This document shows, one piece after another, positions 52,149 through 64,000 of a DNA stretch of 64,000 bases. The position numbers and the translations under genes are program-made. A model generated the notes under the pieces. That model had not been told where the DNA came from, did not search any database, and saw only the letters and a program-made list of their open reading frames with translations. The stretch is from Schmidtea polychroa (Eukaryota): positions 49,850,001-49,914,000 of the forward strand of contig CM097885.1 of the NCBI GenBank assembly GCA_044892525.1, written 5' to 3'. Position 1 is the first letter of the stretch. Each line of letters opens with the position of its first letter.

Positions 52149-53682
52149 TGACCTAAATTTTAACCTTAAGTTGACCTTAACGATGGGTAATCCTGTTCTC
52201 ACTTCTACCCACTATCATTTAGCAAATTAAGGCACTTAAGTTTATTAGTTTGAAATACATGATTATATAAGGTAACAATTCTTAGGTAATTTATTGAGAA
52301 ATGAATGCTCATTTGGGTATCATATTTTTACCAGAAATTCATGAATAAATAGGATAACATTTTAGATGTAACCGAATTCTTTAGTAAAACGTATATTTCG
52401 AGTGACTAATTTATGAATATTGGTTACCTTTATCGTTTTTAGTCATTTAAAATAATATTTAGTCAATCTTAGGTAATTTAATAAAATATGAATATTTTGC
52501 ATTTTATCGGTAGTTTATTCATCTATGTGATAATGTTCATTACATAATTAATATAATTTATATAACTTCGTGAGAAATACATGGTCATTAATAACAACAT
52601 TCAACAATTCATTGATAATTTTGGTAGAATTTCTTTATCATTTAGAGTAAATTTCTATCTTTATTAGAGTTCGAGGCAAAACATTTAAATGAATCATAGT
52701 TATAATTGAAATATGATCATTTGATTTTTATTTATCCAATTAAGGTGCTTATGTTGTTGTTGTTCATCTTGTAAATAATGAAATAGAATTAAAATGAAGA
52801 GTGATATATACAGTATCATTTATTACGTTGCAGTATTTTAGGAATATTTTACACTGCAGTATTTTAAATTAAAGAAACATGATCATTTGTTAAAAAAAAT
52901 TGAAATAATAATAAGTGAAATTCTAACAATCAAATGATCAATAGAATATTTGAAAAACATTAATAATTCAACTTCAACAATTTCAAGCAATATGGCAGCA
53001 AATAAGAGTACATCAATATTTAAATTATCATTGTTAATTTAAAATTATTTCATTGTTTAATAAATGTATTGATTTTGTTTCATTGTTTTGAAAAATATAC
53101 CCTTGCGACATGTTGAGTGTGAGCAGTACCTATGAAGAAGTTGAAAGATTCTTAAAGATTTAATTTTAAAAATTTTATTAAATTTAAAATATATTTTTAT
53201 TGAAAAATATTTTAAAAAGAAGATTGAAATTTAGCATTTTTAAAAAATATTTTAAAAGAAAGATTAAAATTTGTTTAATTAACAAACAAAAGAAAAGACA
53301 AGTTTTTGAGTGTATAATTTATTGAATAAAATTTATGGAATTATTTGGTGATTTGCAAACAGATATTAATGTTGTAACGGATGAGAATCCTAATAGTACC
53401 CATAGGTGGACAAAATATCTGACTATATATAATAATATTAATAATATCCCCCGCACGCGTAATAATCCTTTGAAAGATCTTTAAAATGAGCCATCGTTCA
53501 ATAAAACACAAGGTAGGGAACTCTCAAAATTCTAATTTTAAAATCTGACTTTGAAATTTTGAATGACTTATGTGACCTTGACCCTAAAAATATGTCTTTG
53601 GCCTTAAACAAATATGACCTTGATCTTACCGGATATGGGGTGTGTGGGGGTACCTGTCCCCGCGGGCCCACATCAATCTACT
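52149..53682. mobile_element. Right part and terminus of another AGTAG-ended non-autonomous element (E), the apparent host of Polinton 1
   Basis: Ends CAATCTACT at 53682; TGACCTT motifs; 52200-52750 resembles the spacers of elements A and D. Confidence 0.65.
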
Positions 53683-53759
53683 TTAATTAAATAGAGAAAT
53701 TGACAAAACTTGAGAAAGTATAATCTGAGGACTATGATATGAAAAAAATTAAAACTAAC

Positions 53760-53916
53760 ATCCAAATATTTTTATTGTCATTGCATTTATGAAATGTATC
53801 CAATTGAAATACACTCTTTTGACACTAGTCAAATCTGGTCTGAGAAATCCCATAAAAATATTAATTAAAGAAAGTCCAATAGCTATTGTTCCGAAAGTTC
53901 CATGAAATTTTGCGTC
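53760..53916 (-). CDS. Host cytochrome b561/ferric-chelate reductase-like gene, internal exon
   Basis: DAKFHGTFG...GFLRPDLTSVKRVYFNWIH matches the b561 H...RP....R..FNW.H pattern; AG/GT boundaries. Confidence 0.8.
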
Positions 53917-53954
53917 CTGAAGTCAAAGTAAAAATAATAAAACACTCAAATCAC

Positions 53955-54041
53955 CTGAAACCGGACTTCTTTGTTACATAATATATAAATATAACCAGCC
54001 ATTGACATCAAAAAATAAAATAAATTCAAAATAACGTGAAT
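53955..54041 (-). CDS. Host cytochrome b561/ferric-chelate reductase-like gene, upstream exon
   Basis: IHVILN + TM helix; 87 nt; 38-nt GT-AG intron joins it in frame to the next exon. Confidence 0.75.
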
Positions 54042-56304
54042 CTAGAATTTTAAAATATATATAAATATTCGGTAATATATCTTTTATAGTTAAAATAAAA
54101 ATTTTTTAATTCTTCATTTCACTAAGTATCAAACTTGCTACACACTTAAAAACTAAATAAAGCTTCATAAAATATTGTGAGAACTACAAGTTCATGGTGT
54201 TGCATTTTTATTTTACTATGAGAATAATTCATCGGAACTTTTAATTTTTTTTTATTTTTCGCAGTTTGTGTTTTGTTTTAGCTTGATAAAAATATTTTTG
54301 TAAAAAATTTAAATAAATAATGAAATGAATAATTAATTTGAAATGAAAAAACTGAAATAATGTATTTTGCAATATGATAAATCAAAAAATAATTTAATAA
54401 AAAGTTTAAAATTAGAATGTAACTTTGATATTTTGTTTAGGTGTTTTTAGTTAGTTCATGTTTATATACAACAAAAATGCAAATAATATATAAAAAGCAT
54501 AAAACAACTCATTGAACAATCCTTCTATTTTATATACTAGATTGAACAGTATTATTTTATAATCTAGGATCATCAGTAGATGGATACGATCCCGCTAAAT
54601 ATATGTAGGTAAACTTAAATTTATGTAGTTAACCTCTAAAAACCGAATTTTTTTTGAAAAAATAAGTTGGTCAAATCAATTTTAAAAGTCGGACCCGCTA
54701 GCTCAAAGTTGATTATTGAGAGTTCCTGACACAGTATTTCGGCGATCAATGGCCAGTTTTGAAGAAATTTTATCAGGGTACCCAAATATTTATTGTGATG
54801 ATTTAATGTATTACAAGGGTATTCCAAATTTAAATTACCGCACGCGCAGATATATTCTTAATCAACATGTATTTGTTAAACAAATCTGTGTACAAGTTTT
54901 TACTTAAAAACAAGAACTATTAACTTAATGTGAATTGAAAATGCTATTTATAGGTTTAATAATCAATTCAATATATGAAATATGTTGTAAGGAAATAATT
55001 AGAAACAAAACAATTGTTATAGCTTTACAAGAACGAAATGAAACCAGATGTATTTGTCCAGATACTGCTGTGCTTTTGAATCTTTTGGATATAGTAGATA
55101 AACTGCGATAGTTGATATTAGAAAGAATGGAACATTTAGAAATCAGATTTGAATTGACATGAAAATTCGATAAAAGTTTGTACAACAATATATGAAGATA
55201 TTCATTATTTCAATAGAACACTTGCTAATATCAAAAATGATTTTAAAAATTCAATACTTGCATTAAATGAAATTAGAAAAATCAATGGTAAGTCTTCAAT
55301 ATTCCATAAAAATAAACTCAAATAAATCAAAAGATCAGTTCAATATTATAATGAAAGAATTTCGAAAAATCTATCTTAAAACTCTGCAAACAAATCATCA
55401 ATATTTAAATTTCCATTATTTATTTTGAATTATTTTATAATTTAAATAAATGTATTAATATGATTTGTTTTTTGATTAACACAGACATGTGCAATACAAG
55501 AACATAATCAAAAAAGATATTACAATAGGAATGCTTTATTCTGATTTGTCAAAGGTTATATAAATAGACTAATCTTTGAAAACTTTATTATAAAAATGTC
55601 GCAAACCAAATTTTACATAAATTTGTTGAATGAATTGGTTACTAATAATGAGGTCATATCAATAACCTACTATATCTCTTCAATCGCACAAAGAAAATAG
55701 TTGGAGACAATACTCTGGAATATTCTAACATTCTAAATTTGGCGAATTATTTGATAAAAAAAATTAAATGTACTCGGATAATTGTAATTTTATCATTCAC
55801 GAAGCAAATTATCAAAAAATATGACTCGAATTATGAAAATTATTTTCAATGGTCTGTTGAGAGTAGTAGGATGTGTCACCTCCAGGACACCAAAAGGTCA
55901 AGGTCAAATTTTTTAAGGTCAAGGTCAAAAATTATTTTTTTAAAGGACTACATATTAATGAAAATTAATTTTACTCTCTTTATTCATATTTATATAATAT
56001 TTTAAAGACTACCACAGTCTTAAACAAGTGGGTCAAAGGCAATTATTTATAAATTGATAATTATTATTTAATATCTATGCAATCGAATTTATTCATTGAT
56101 TTTTGGTTGCAAACTCCATTTGAATATAATCTTATAACAATAATAATAATAATAATTTACTGATATCATTCACGCGTGATTTAGTAACAGTTCATAGTGC
56201 AAATCATGTGAATTTCCGTTGATGTAATCGATTATTAACGCATAATTTCATACCACATGTTATCCCTTCAAATATTTTAATCAATAATAATTCAGTATTT
56301 TTCC

Positions 56305-56336
<32 letters not shown>

Positions 56337-56617
56337 AATTTTTACAAATAATTACTATTATTATAAGAACTTTTATTTCTTCCAATTTCAACACTGATTA
56401 TATTATATCCATTGAATTGAAAAGAGACTTTGAAGATTATAAATCAGTAATATATCGATGTTTGTTGACTCTCACAAATTGTCGGCACTGCTTTGTTAAG
56501 TGAATTTGATCATTATTACATTAAATATTTATTGTTGGATAATTACATTTAAAAGGTTCAACCAATTTCATAAATCAGCTTTGAATCACTTTAATATAAA
56601 TCTTCATAAGAAATTAC

Positions 56618-56701
<84 letters not shown>

Positions 56702-57316
56702 ATTTACATCAACTCAAATTTAACAAGGTTAGTCACACAAATCGAATTCTGAAATCAAACAAATGCATTTAATAAAAATTAAAATCATCGACATACACAA
56801 CCGCCGCCCGCCCCGAAGGGGCTGGGCGGTAGTTTGTAAATTTGGTTTATTTTGAATATTATTATTTACAATATTCAAAGTATTAATAACAAAGGTAAAG
56901 AAATAAATGTTTATTAAATGTATATAGTATGATACTCATTAATATACATTGAACATGCTTTACATTTGCGAACATTTTAAATTGGAATTTTAAGGATTAC
57001 CTTCGATAGATTATATTGAATAATGGTTCATTAAAAAGGTCTCATTTTTTTTTTGGATTTTTGTGAAAAGTTGTAGGTTAGGCTGAAAATTAATTAGTAA
57101 AAAATTGGCACTTTTTGTGTTGTCAAAATAATTGAAATAAATATTTTAAAAAATGTAAAAACTGAAACGTTAGATATCATTGCAAGTTTGCTTGTCTTTT
57201 TATTACATGTATCGTGTTGAAATATCTATTTTTCTTATAATCTATCTATCGATCATCTTGTTGCTTTTGAATAATAGTATAAACATAATTATTTTTCATT
57301 TTAATTATTTTCAACC

Positions 57317-57702
57317 ATGTCGGAAAAAAGTAAAATATGAATTTTATGTTTATTAATTCTTTTTTTTTTTATTTAGCATATATAATCAACTTTTTGATTG
57401 AATAATTAGAGGAAATATCTAATGTAAAAATTAGAGAATTTATGAATGTTCCAGAGAAATTAAAATGGCCGTATTCAGACGGTGAAATTAATGAAGATGA
57501 TATGTCATATGAATCTGAAAATATTTCCCAGCAAGAAGATGAATATACTGATTTGCCTAGTGAAGAACTTAAGTCATGTATTGAGAATTCTACAACAGAT
57601 AAATTACCAAATGAATCTAAAGAAGATGAATCTATTGTTTCTACTAATTGTATTGATCATATTGTTGAAAATATAATGAAAAGAGATTGTATTGAAGATT
57701 AA
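57317..57702 (+). pseudogene. Two-exon acidic hypothetical protein with one internal TAA
   Basis: ATG 57317; GT-AG intron 57330-57376 places it in frame with ORF 57442-57702. Confidence 0.5.
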
Positions 57703-57774
57703 TAAATTTGAAACTTTAGTTATTTTCAATGATTTAAAAACACCAAAACACTAATAAAGATGTATTAAATAAAT

Positions 57775-58366
57775 TTAACATGAACAATGTTCCTCTTCAA
57801 ACTTATCCTCGGCTTTTATAATTTTCCAAATTGGTTTGATTCGGTCTCTGCTTACATTATACCCTTGAATTAATATGGTAACCATGCAGGTTATTTTGCT
57901 CATCTTACGACCATTGGGAATCATATCCAAATCGTTTCTAATGAACATATCTTCATCATCAAATTCAATATTTTCATTGATCCTCTGAAATAATTGTCCC
58001 AGTAGCATCTTGTCGTGAAACTTGATTTTGGAAAGTCTCACATTGTAGAAACATTTTTAGAGAGTTACTGGTTCCTAACAATAAATAATAATAATAAAAT
58101 CCAAAATAATTTATAGAAACTTACCTTAAATGTATATGAAATTGGACAATACAAATAATTTAGTTTGTATTGCATGAATTCGACTGGCTTTTTTGTATCC
58201 ACTCGAACATTGACCAAGGTTTCCGAGGATAATGTCGCTTCTTTAAATTTCCGTTTTCCGAATTCCTGAGCGGCATCTGCATTTTTTCTCTTCAAAACTC
58301 CTAGATTAAAAAACTAATAAATGGAATATGTGTAAACGACAACAAACCTGTAATTTGATTATCCAT
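57775..58366 (-). pseudogene. Three-exon hypothetical protein with one internal TAA
   Basis: Exons 58366-58348, 58300-58125 and 58074-57775; GT-AG introns of 47 and 50 nt join ORFs 58065-58295 and 57775-58041 in frame. Confidence 0.7.
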
Positions 58367-58568
58367 TTGTAGTTATAATATTTAATAATTTGAACCAGAT
58401 ATTTTATACTAATTTCATTGTAAACAAGTTTCAAGTGACAGGCATGATCAAAACGTGATCAACTAGTTCATTTTATGCTAAATAACAAAGTCTGAAATGA
58501 TTTATTGTACACAAAGAAATATTATTGGTTAGTTAAGGTTATCACAAAACAAATATAATTATATTTTA

Positions 58569-58955
58569 TTACAACAATACATTTTTTCGCAATTCCACAA
58601 GTAATTCATGAATTATTTCTCGTTTCTGTAGATTTACAAAACATGTACAACTATCATCCCCACAAGTATTCTGCATATTATTTTTACAAAAATCACAATT
58701 TTCAACATCATCGGTATAACATGTAATCGTAGCATGATCCATATGAATTAAATCTATTACATTTATTCCAGTTATTTCATAAATTGTGTAAAACACAACT
58801 TCTGGAGCACAATACATTAAGGAATTGTTCAAATTCGGATAAAAATCTTCAATTTTATCAATCAAAATTTTTAGTATAGTTTCTAAACAAAAATCAGTAA
58901 ATTTAAAATAAAAACAGTTACCTTCATGTTCAATCATTGTTGAATAAATATTCAA
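58569..58955 (-). CDS. Cys-rich hypothetical protein
   Basis: 128-aa ORF immediately downstream of the TBP-like gene. Confidence 0.55.
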   Translation of the reverse strand: MNIYSTMIEHEGNCFYFKFTDFCLETILKILIDKIEDFYPNLNNSLMYCAPEVVFYTIYEITGINVIDLIHMDHATITCYTDDVENCDFCKNNMQNTCGDDSCTCFVNLQKREIIHELLVELRKNVLL

Positions 58956-59442
58956 GCAAATCCTCGTTACTTATATTTGAAGAAATTGTTAAAGATCCAA
59001 TCAAATCCTTTACATCGTTTATAATTCCTTCAACAATAGTATGAAAATCTAAATTTTTAATACCTAGTACAACTATTTTACCATTCGAAAATATATTTAC
59101 ACATAGTGGATTATATTTTGTATAACGCAGAGCGGGAAATAATTCAGGCTCATATATACAATCTCCATCTAATAACTTTGCTAAATTATTCAAATTAATA
59201 GATTGTTCAACCTTGGTAGCTATAGTAAGACTTTGAACTTGAATATCTTTGATATTATATTGCAAATTCTCGAATTCGATAGGCTTCTTACAACCCATTA
59301 TACGACATTTACCATTTTTGAAAAATATAATAGTATATTTTCCAGTTTTGTCAACATATTGTTGTGGTTTACACTTGGGGAAATTCATCATACCAACAGT
59401 TTCCAAAGACACACGACCTCTATAATTAATATTTGTCAACAT
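58930..59442 (-). CDS. Divergent TATA-binding-protein-like protein
   Basis: Two TBP repeats: IFFKNGKCRIMGCK and INL..LA......YEPELFPALRY......VNIFSNGKIVVLG. Confidence 0.88.
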   Translation of the reverse strand: MLTNINYRGRVSLETVGMMNFPKCKPQQYVDKTGKYTIIFFKNGKCRIMGCKKPIEFENLQYNIKDIQVQSLTIATKVEQSINLNNLAKLLDGDCIYEPELFPALRYTKYNPLCVNIFSNGKIVVLGIKNLDFHTIVEGIINDVKDLIGSLTISSNISNEDLLEYLFNND

Positions 59443-59469
59443 TTCTACGGAATATTTATAAAAATCAAG

Positions 59470-59501
<32 letters not shown>

Positions 59502-59573
59502 ATATTATAGAGTAATTAAATCAATTTATTCTTTACGATATAAACAAAATTAATTTTTAAATAAATATTAAAA

Positions 59574-60200
59574 ATGGAACTAAGAAATGATGCTGTATAT
59601 CAAATAGTCGGACCAAGTGGTAGCGGCAAAACTTTGTTTGTTTGCTAATTACTAAAATCACATTTATTTGAATCAAAATTTAACAAAATTTATTGGCATC
59701 GAGGTGCTGATCAAGAACACGGATTGACTCAATCAAGTTTCTGTAAATTGAAAAATATGAAAATAGTAGAGGGATTTGATAAAAATTGGTCCAGTAGACT
59801 AAAGAAGGGGGATGTCATAATTATTGATGACTTGTATCAAGAAGCTAATAAAGAAAAGAATTTCAATAATTTATTTACAAAGATCAGTAGACACGTTGGT
59901 GTAACTGTTATTTTTATAACTCAAACTCTATTTCATCAAGGTGGTGCACATCGAACACGTAATTTAAATGTACAATATTTAGTTATTTTCAAGAATCCTA
60001 GAGATGCAACAGTGATTGATTTTCTTGCACGTCAAGCATACCCTAAAAATCGTAATTTTCTTATCAGTGCATTTCAAGATGCTACAAAAATACCTCATGG
60101 ATATATATTTCTTGATTTCACACAACAATGTCCCGATGATTTACGAGTAAAAACAGATATTTTCAACCCAAAAGGTGCCATGGTTTATAAACAAAGTTGA
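59574..60200 (+). pseudogene. A32/FtsK-like packaging ATPase with a premature TAA at 59646
   Basis: GPSGSGKT, IIIDDL, FTKISRH..VTVIFITQ, FKNPRD, PHGYIFLD. Confidence 0.92.
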
Positions 60201-60218
60201 AAACCTCTATGAATAATA

Positions 60219-60752
60219 ATGTTTCTAAAAGCAAGGGTGAAAAATATTAGGAAATTAAGAAAAAGTATTAAAAAGAGTATTAAAGTTCCAAAAGTTCCAC
60301 CAACAACTAGTTATACACCATCTAAAAAACTTGTAACTGAAAATTTCTCTGCAATGAATCTTATTTCGAAAAATCCTAAACCTAAACGTGAAACCCGTAA
60401 AACCCGTAAAGCCGGTAAAAAAGTAATTAAAAATCATCGCAGTTTTCCATTTTTTAATGCATTGTTAAAGGCCCCGAGTATGAAAAGAATGAATATATTG
60501 CAATCATTCCCAAATTTTGTTGTCGATGATTTACTCAATATTATACTTAAAGTAGTCAAAGGCAAAATTAAAATCAGTAAATCAAAAAAGCATTTATTGA
60601 GCAAACATAGGAAACCTTTGTTATCATTAGTAAATAATAAAAATCGTAAGCAAATGAGGAAAATTATATATAAACAACAAGGTGGATTTATTGGTGCATT
60701 GATACCTCTGGCATTATCATTATTAGGTGGAGTTGTAGGAAATCAATCATAA
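60219..60752 (+). CDS. Basic core protein with pX-like C-terminus
   Basis: K/R-rich; ends QQGGFIGALIPLALSLLG. Confidence 0.7.
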   Translation: MFLKARVKNIRKLRKSIKKSIKVPKVPPTTSYTPSKKLVTENFSAMNLISKNPKPKRETRKTRKAGKKVIKNHRSFPFFNALLKAPSMKRMNILQSFPNFVVDDLLNIILKVVKGKIKISKSKKHLLSKHRKPLLSLVNNKNRKQMRKIIYKQQGGFIGALIPLALSLLGGVVGNQS

Positions 60753-60813
60753 ACAATGGGTGCTAATCCTTCATTACCTAATTTAAATTTAAATTTTAAA
60801 TCTTCTTGCTGTA

Positions 60814-61938
<1,125 letters not shown>

Positions 61939-62943
61939 ATTTTTATACTATTTTACCGAGCAATAGTTGCCCATTAATTCATCCAGACAATCAAGCCAGT
62001 AAATTTATGGTCAATCTCCAGAATCCGATTTCTTTAAATGGTGACTGGGAAGTTGCACTGCAAGATTTTACATTCGTGTACAACACATTCCCATTTTATA
62101 GTCAATGTAAGATTGATTTCAAAAGGAATATTGTGAAAACATGTAGCGGTATCTTTATTATTAGTAATTATGATAAAACATATCATATTCCGAACCAAAT
62201 ATTAGATTCGCATTGCTATATATTTTACAAGGATGGATTAAATATCAGTTGTGATTTTAAACCATTTACAATAACATTCGAAACTATTGAAGATGTCAAA
62301 CGAATGGGTTGCAATAAGCTGAAAAATATTGTTATGGAGACTGAGTATTTATTACGTTTTAATCTATTTGAAGCAAACAGTATAGTGAAAGAAGAAATCA
62401 AAATATCTGTGTCGTATAATGATGAAGTTGAAGAATCATTCATCTTTGCTGATGAATTATATTTTGATAAACTTGATGTATTACTTAAATATTTAAATTT
62501 CAATTGTTCACACATATTTAAAAATTTGGAAATTGTGAAAGATTTGATGTTTACCTTCAGTTTGAATGAGGATATTTGCGAAGTTACATTTGATAAAAAT
62601 TTGGCAAATTCACTTGGATTAGATAACCAAAAATATAGAGAAAAATCGACTGGTATACGCAAACCAAGAATACTAGAACATCATCAACAAATGTTCATAT
62701 ATACTAACATTATCGAACCCATAATTGTTGGTGATTCCAGTGTTCTTCTTTTGAAATCGGTATGGATTGGAAAATATGAACATGATGAAGTTGTCAATAT
62801 AAATATCGATAATCCCATGTATTTACCAATAGCAAGTTCATGTATAAACAATATAGAAATAAATATTCGTGATGATAGTGGAAAACTTATAAACTTTCCA
62901 AAAGGTTCAAAAACACATTTGACATTACATTTTCGTAAAGTAG

Positions 62944-63306
62944 ATGGCTAATTCTGATATTATTAGTATGTATAGTGATAGCCAATCTGGCGGTGAATTA
63001 CCATATTTTATTGGTAAACAGTACGGATCGGGATGGTTGAGAACAATTGGTAGATTTGCATTGCCTATTCTTAAACGTATTGGTAGTTTTGGTATGAAAA
63101 CTGCAAAAGATGTTATTATGAATGAACAGAAAATATTACCATCTCTAAAAACAAATGCTTTAGCTGAATTAGGGAAAGTTTTACCAGGGGTTGCAGGTAT
63201 GTTTCAAAAAGATACGCCTCCAGCTCCAGCTCCAAAACGTAAAAGACATGGAATATCACGTATAAACAAACGAATGAAAGGAAATGGAACTATATTTGCA
63301 AAATGA
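62944..63306 (+). CDS. Small Polinton core-like protein
   Basis: F.G.QYGSG..R...RFALPILK motif and basic tail, between penton and MCP. Confidence 0.72.
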   Translation: MANSDIISMYSDSQSGGELPYFIGKQYGSGWLRTIGRFALPILKRIGSFGMKTAKDVIMNEQKILPSLKTNALAELGKVLPGVAGMFQKDTPPAPAPKRKRHGISRINKRMKGNGTIFAK

Positions 63307-64000
63307 TTTGCGGTAAATCTGAATTATGTATATTTGATAGACCATCGCCCCAGGCTGTAATAGAATTTGGGGCATTTGAGGAAGTTTTTCCTATGAATTC
63401 AATTACCGATAGTAGAAATGATGTAGAATTTTACATCAATGGTTCTCAAACAGAATATTTAGATTTGAATGATACTTTATTGACTGTTCAAATCAAGGTT
63501 ATAGATAAAGATAAAAAGGCTTTGGGTGATGCTGATGCTACAATACCTAATAATTTTTTGTTTCATACACTTTTTAAAGATGCTATTCTTGGATTTAATA
63601 ATATCAAGATTGAAGGTGGCAACAATACATATATCCACAAGGCGATAATAGAAACTATTTTAAATTATAATACCGACACCAAAAATACATGTCTTACTCC
63701 TATGGGTTATGCAGCAAGTGATGACGAACGGAAAAAATGGATTAAAGGCTCAAAGATTTTCACCATGTGTTCATCATTACAACTCGATTTTATGGATCAA
63801 CCAAAATATTTACTTCCAGGAGTCAATGTACACATTAGACTGAAAAGAACCGATTCTTCTTTATCATTAACTAGTGGTGCTGGTCAACCAATATGTCAAT
63901 TAGTTGATGCAAAATTACTAGTAAGAAGAGTTCGAGTTGATCCGTCGGTATTAGCAGGTCATCAGTTGGGTCTTAATTCTAAGCATGCAATCTATCCTCT
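63303..64000 (+). CDS. Major capsid protein, 5' part (truncated by the window)
   Basis: Manual translation MICGKSELCIFDRPSPQAVI...VEFYING...YLDLNDTLL, typical of the Polinton MCP N-terminus; open to the window end. Confidence 0.9.
   Translation, partial: MICGKSELCIFDRPSPQAVIEFGAFEEVFPMNSITDSRNDVEFYINGSQTEYLDLNDTLLTVQIKVIDKDKKALGDADATIPNNFLFHTLFKDAILGFNNIKIEGGNNTYIHKAIIETILNYNTDTKNTCLTPMGYAASDDERKKWIKGSKIFTMCSSLQLDFMDQPKYLLPGVNVHIRLKRTDSSLSLTSGAGQPICQLVDAKLLVRRVRVDPSVLAGHQLGLNSKHAIYP

Overview
Very AT-rich eukaryotic DNA (animal-like, with 35-50 nt introns) that is almost entirely a nest of mobile elements. (1) A near-complete Polinton/Maverick (adintovirus-like) element at 36875-51969 has ~940-bp TIRs and encodes pPolB (frameshifted), major and minor capsid proteins, adenain protease, packaging ATPase, a PLA2-integrase fusion and accessory genes. 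It also carries four tRNA-like Pol III units (A box, B box, T-run), reminiscent of adenovirus VA RNAs. (2) A second, different Polinton runs from about 54575 off the end of the window. It encodes an ATPase, a chromodomain integrase, penton, MCP and a TBP-like gene, and has several spliceosomal introns. (3) Several non-autonomous, palindromic AGTAG-ended Polinton derivatives have subterminal arrays built from TGACTCA and TCAAGGTCA motifs. (4) There are Penelope-like retroelement remnants (one with hammerhead-like motifs), a solo LTR and a hAT fragment. (5) Exons of a host cytochrome b561/ferric-chelate-reductase-like gene suggest a last intron inflated to ~39.5 kb by this nest. All calls come from reading motifs by eye; no database search was run.
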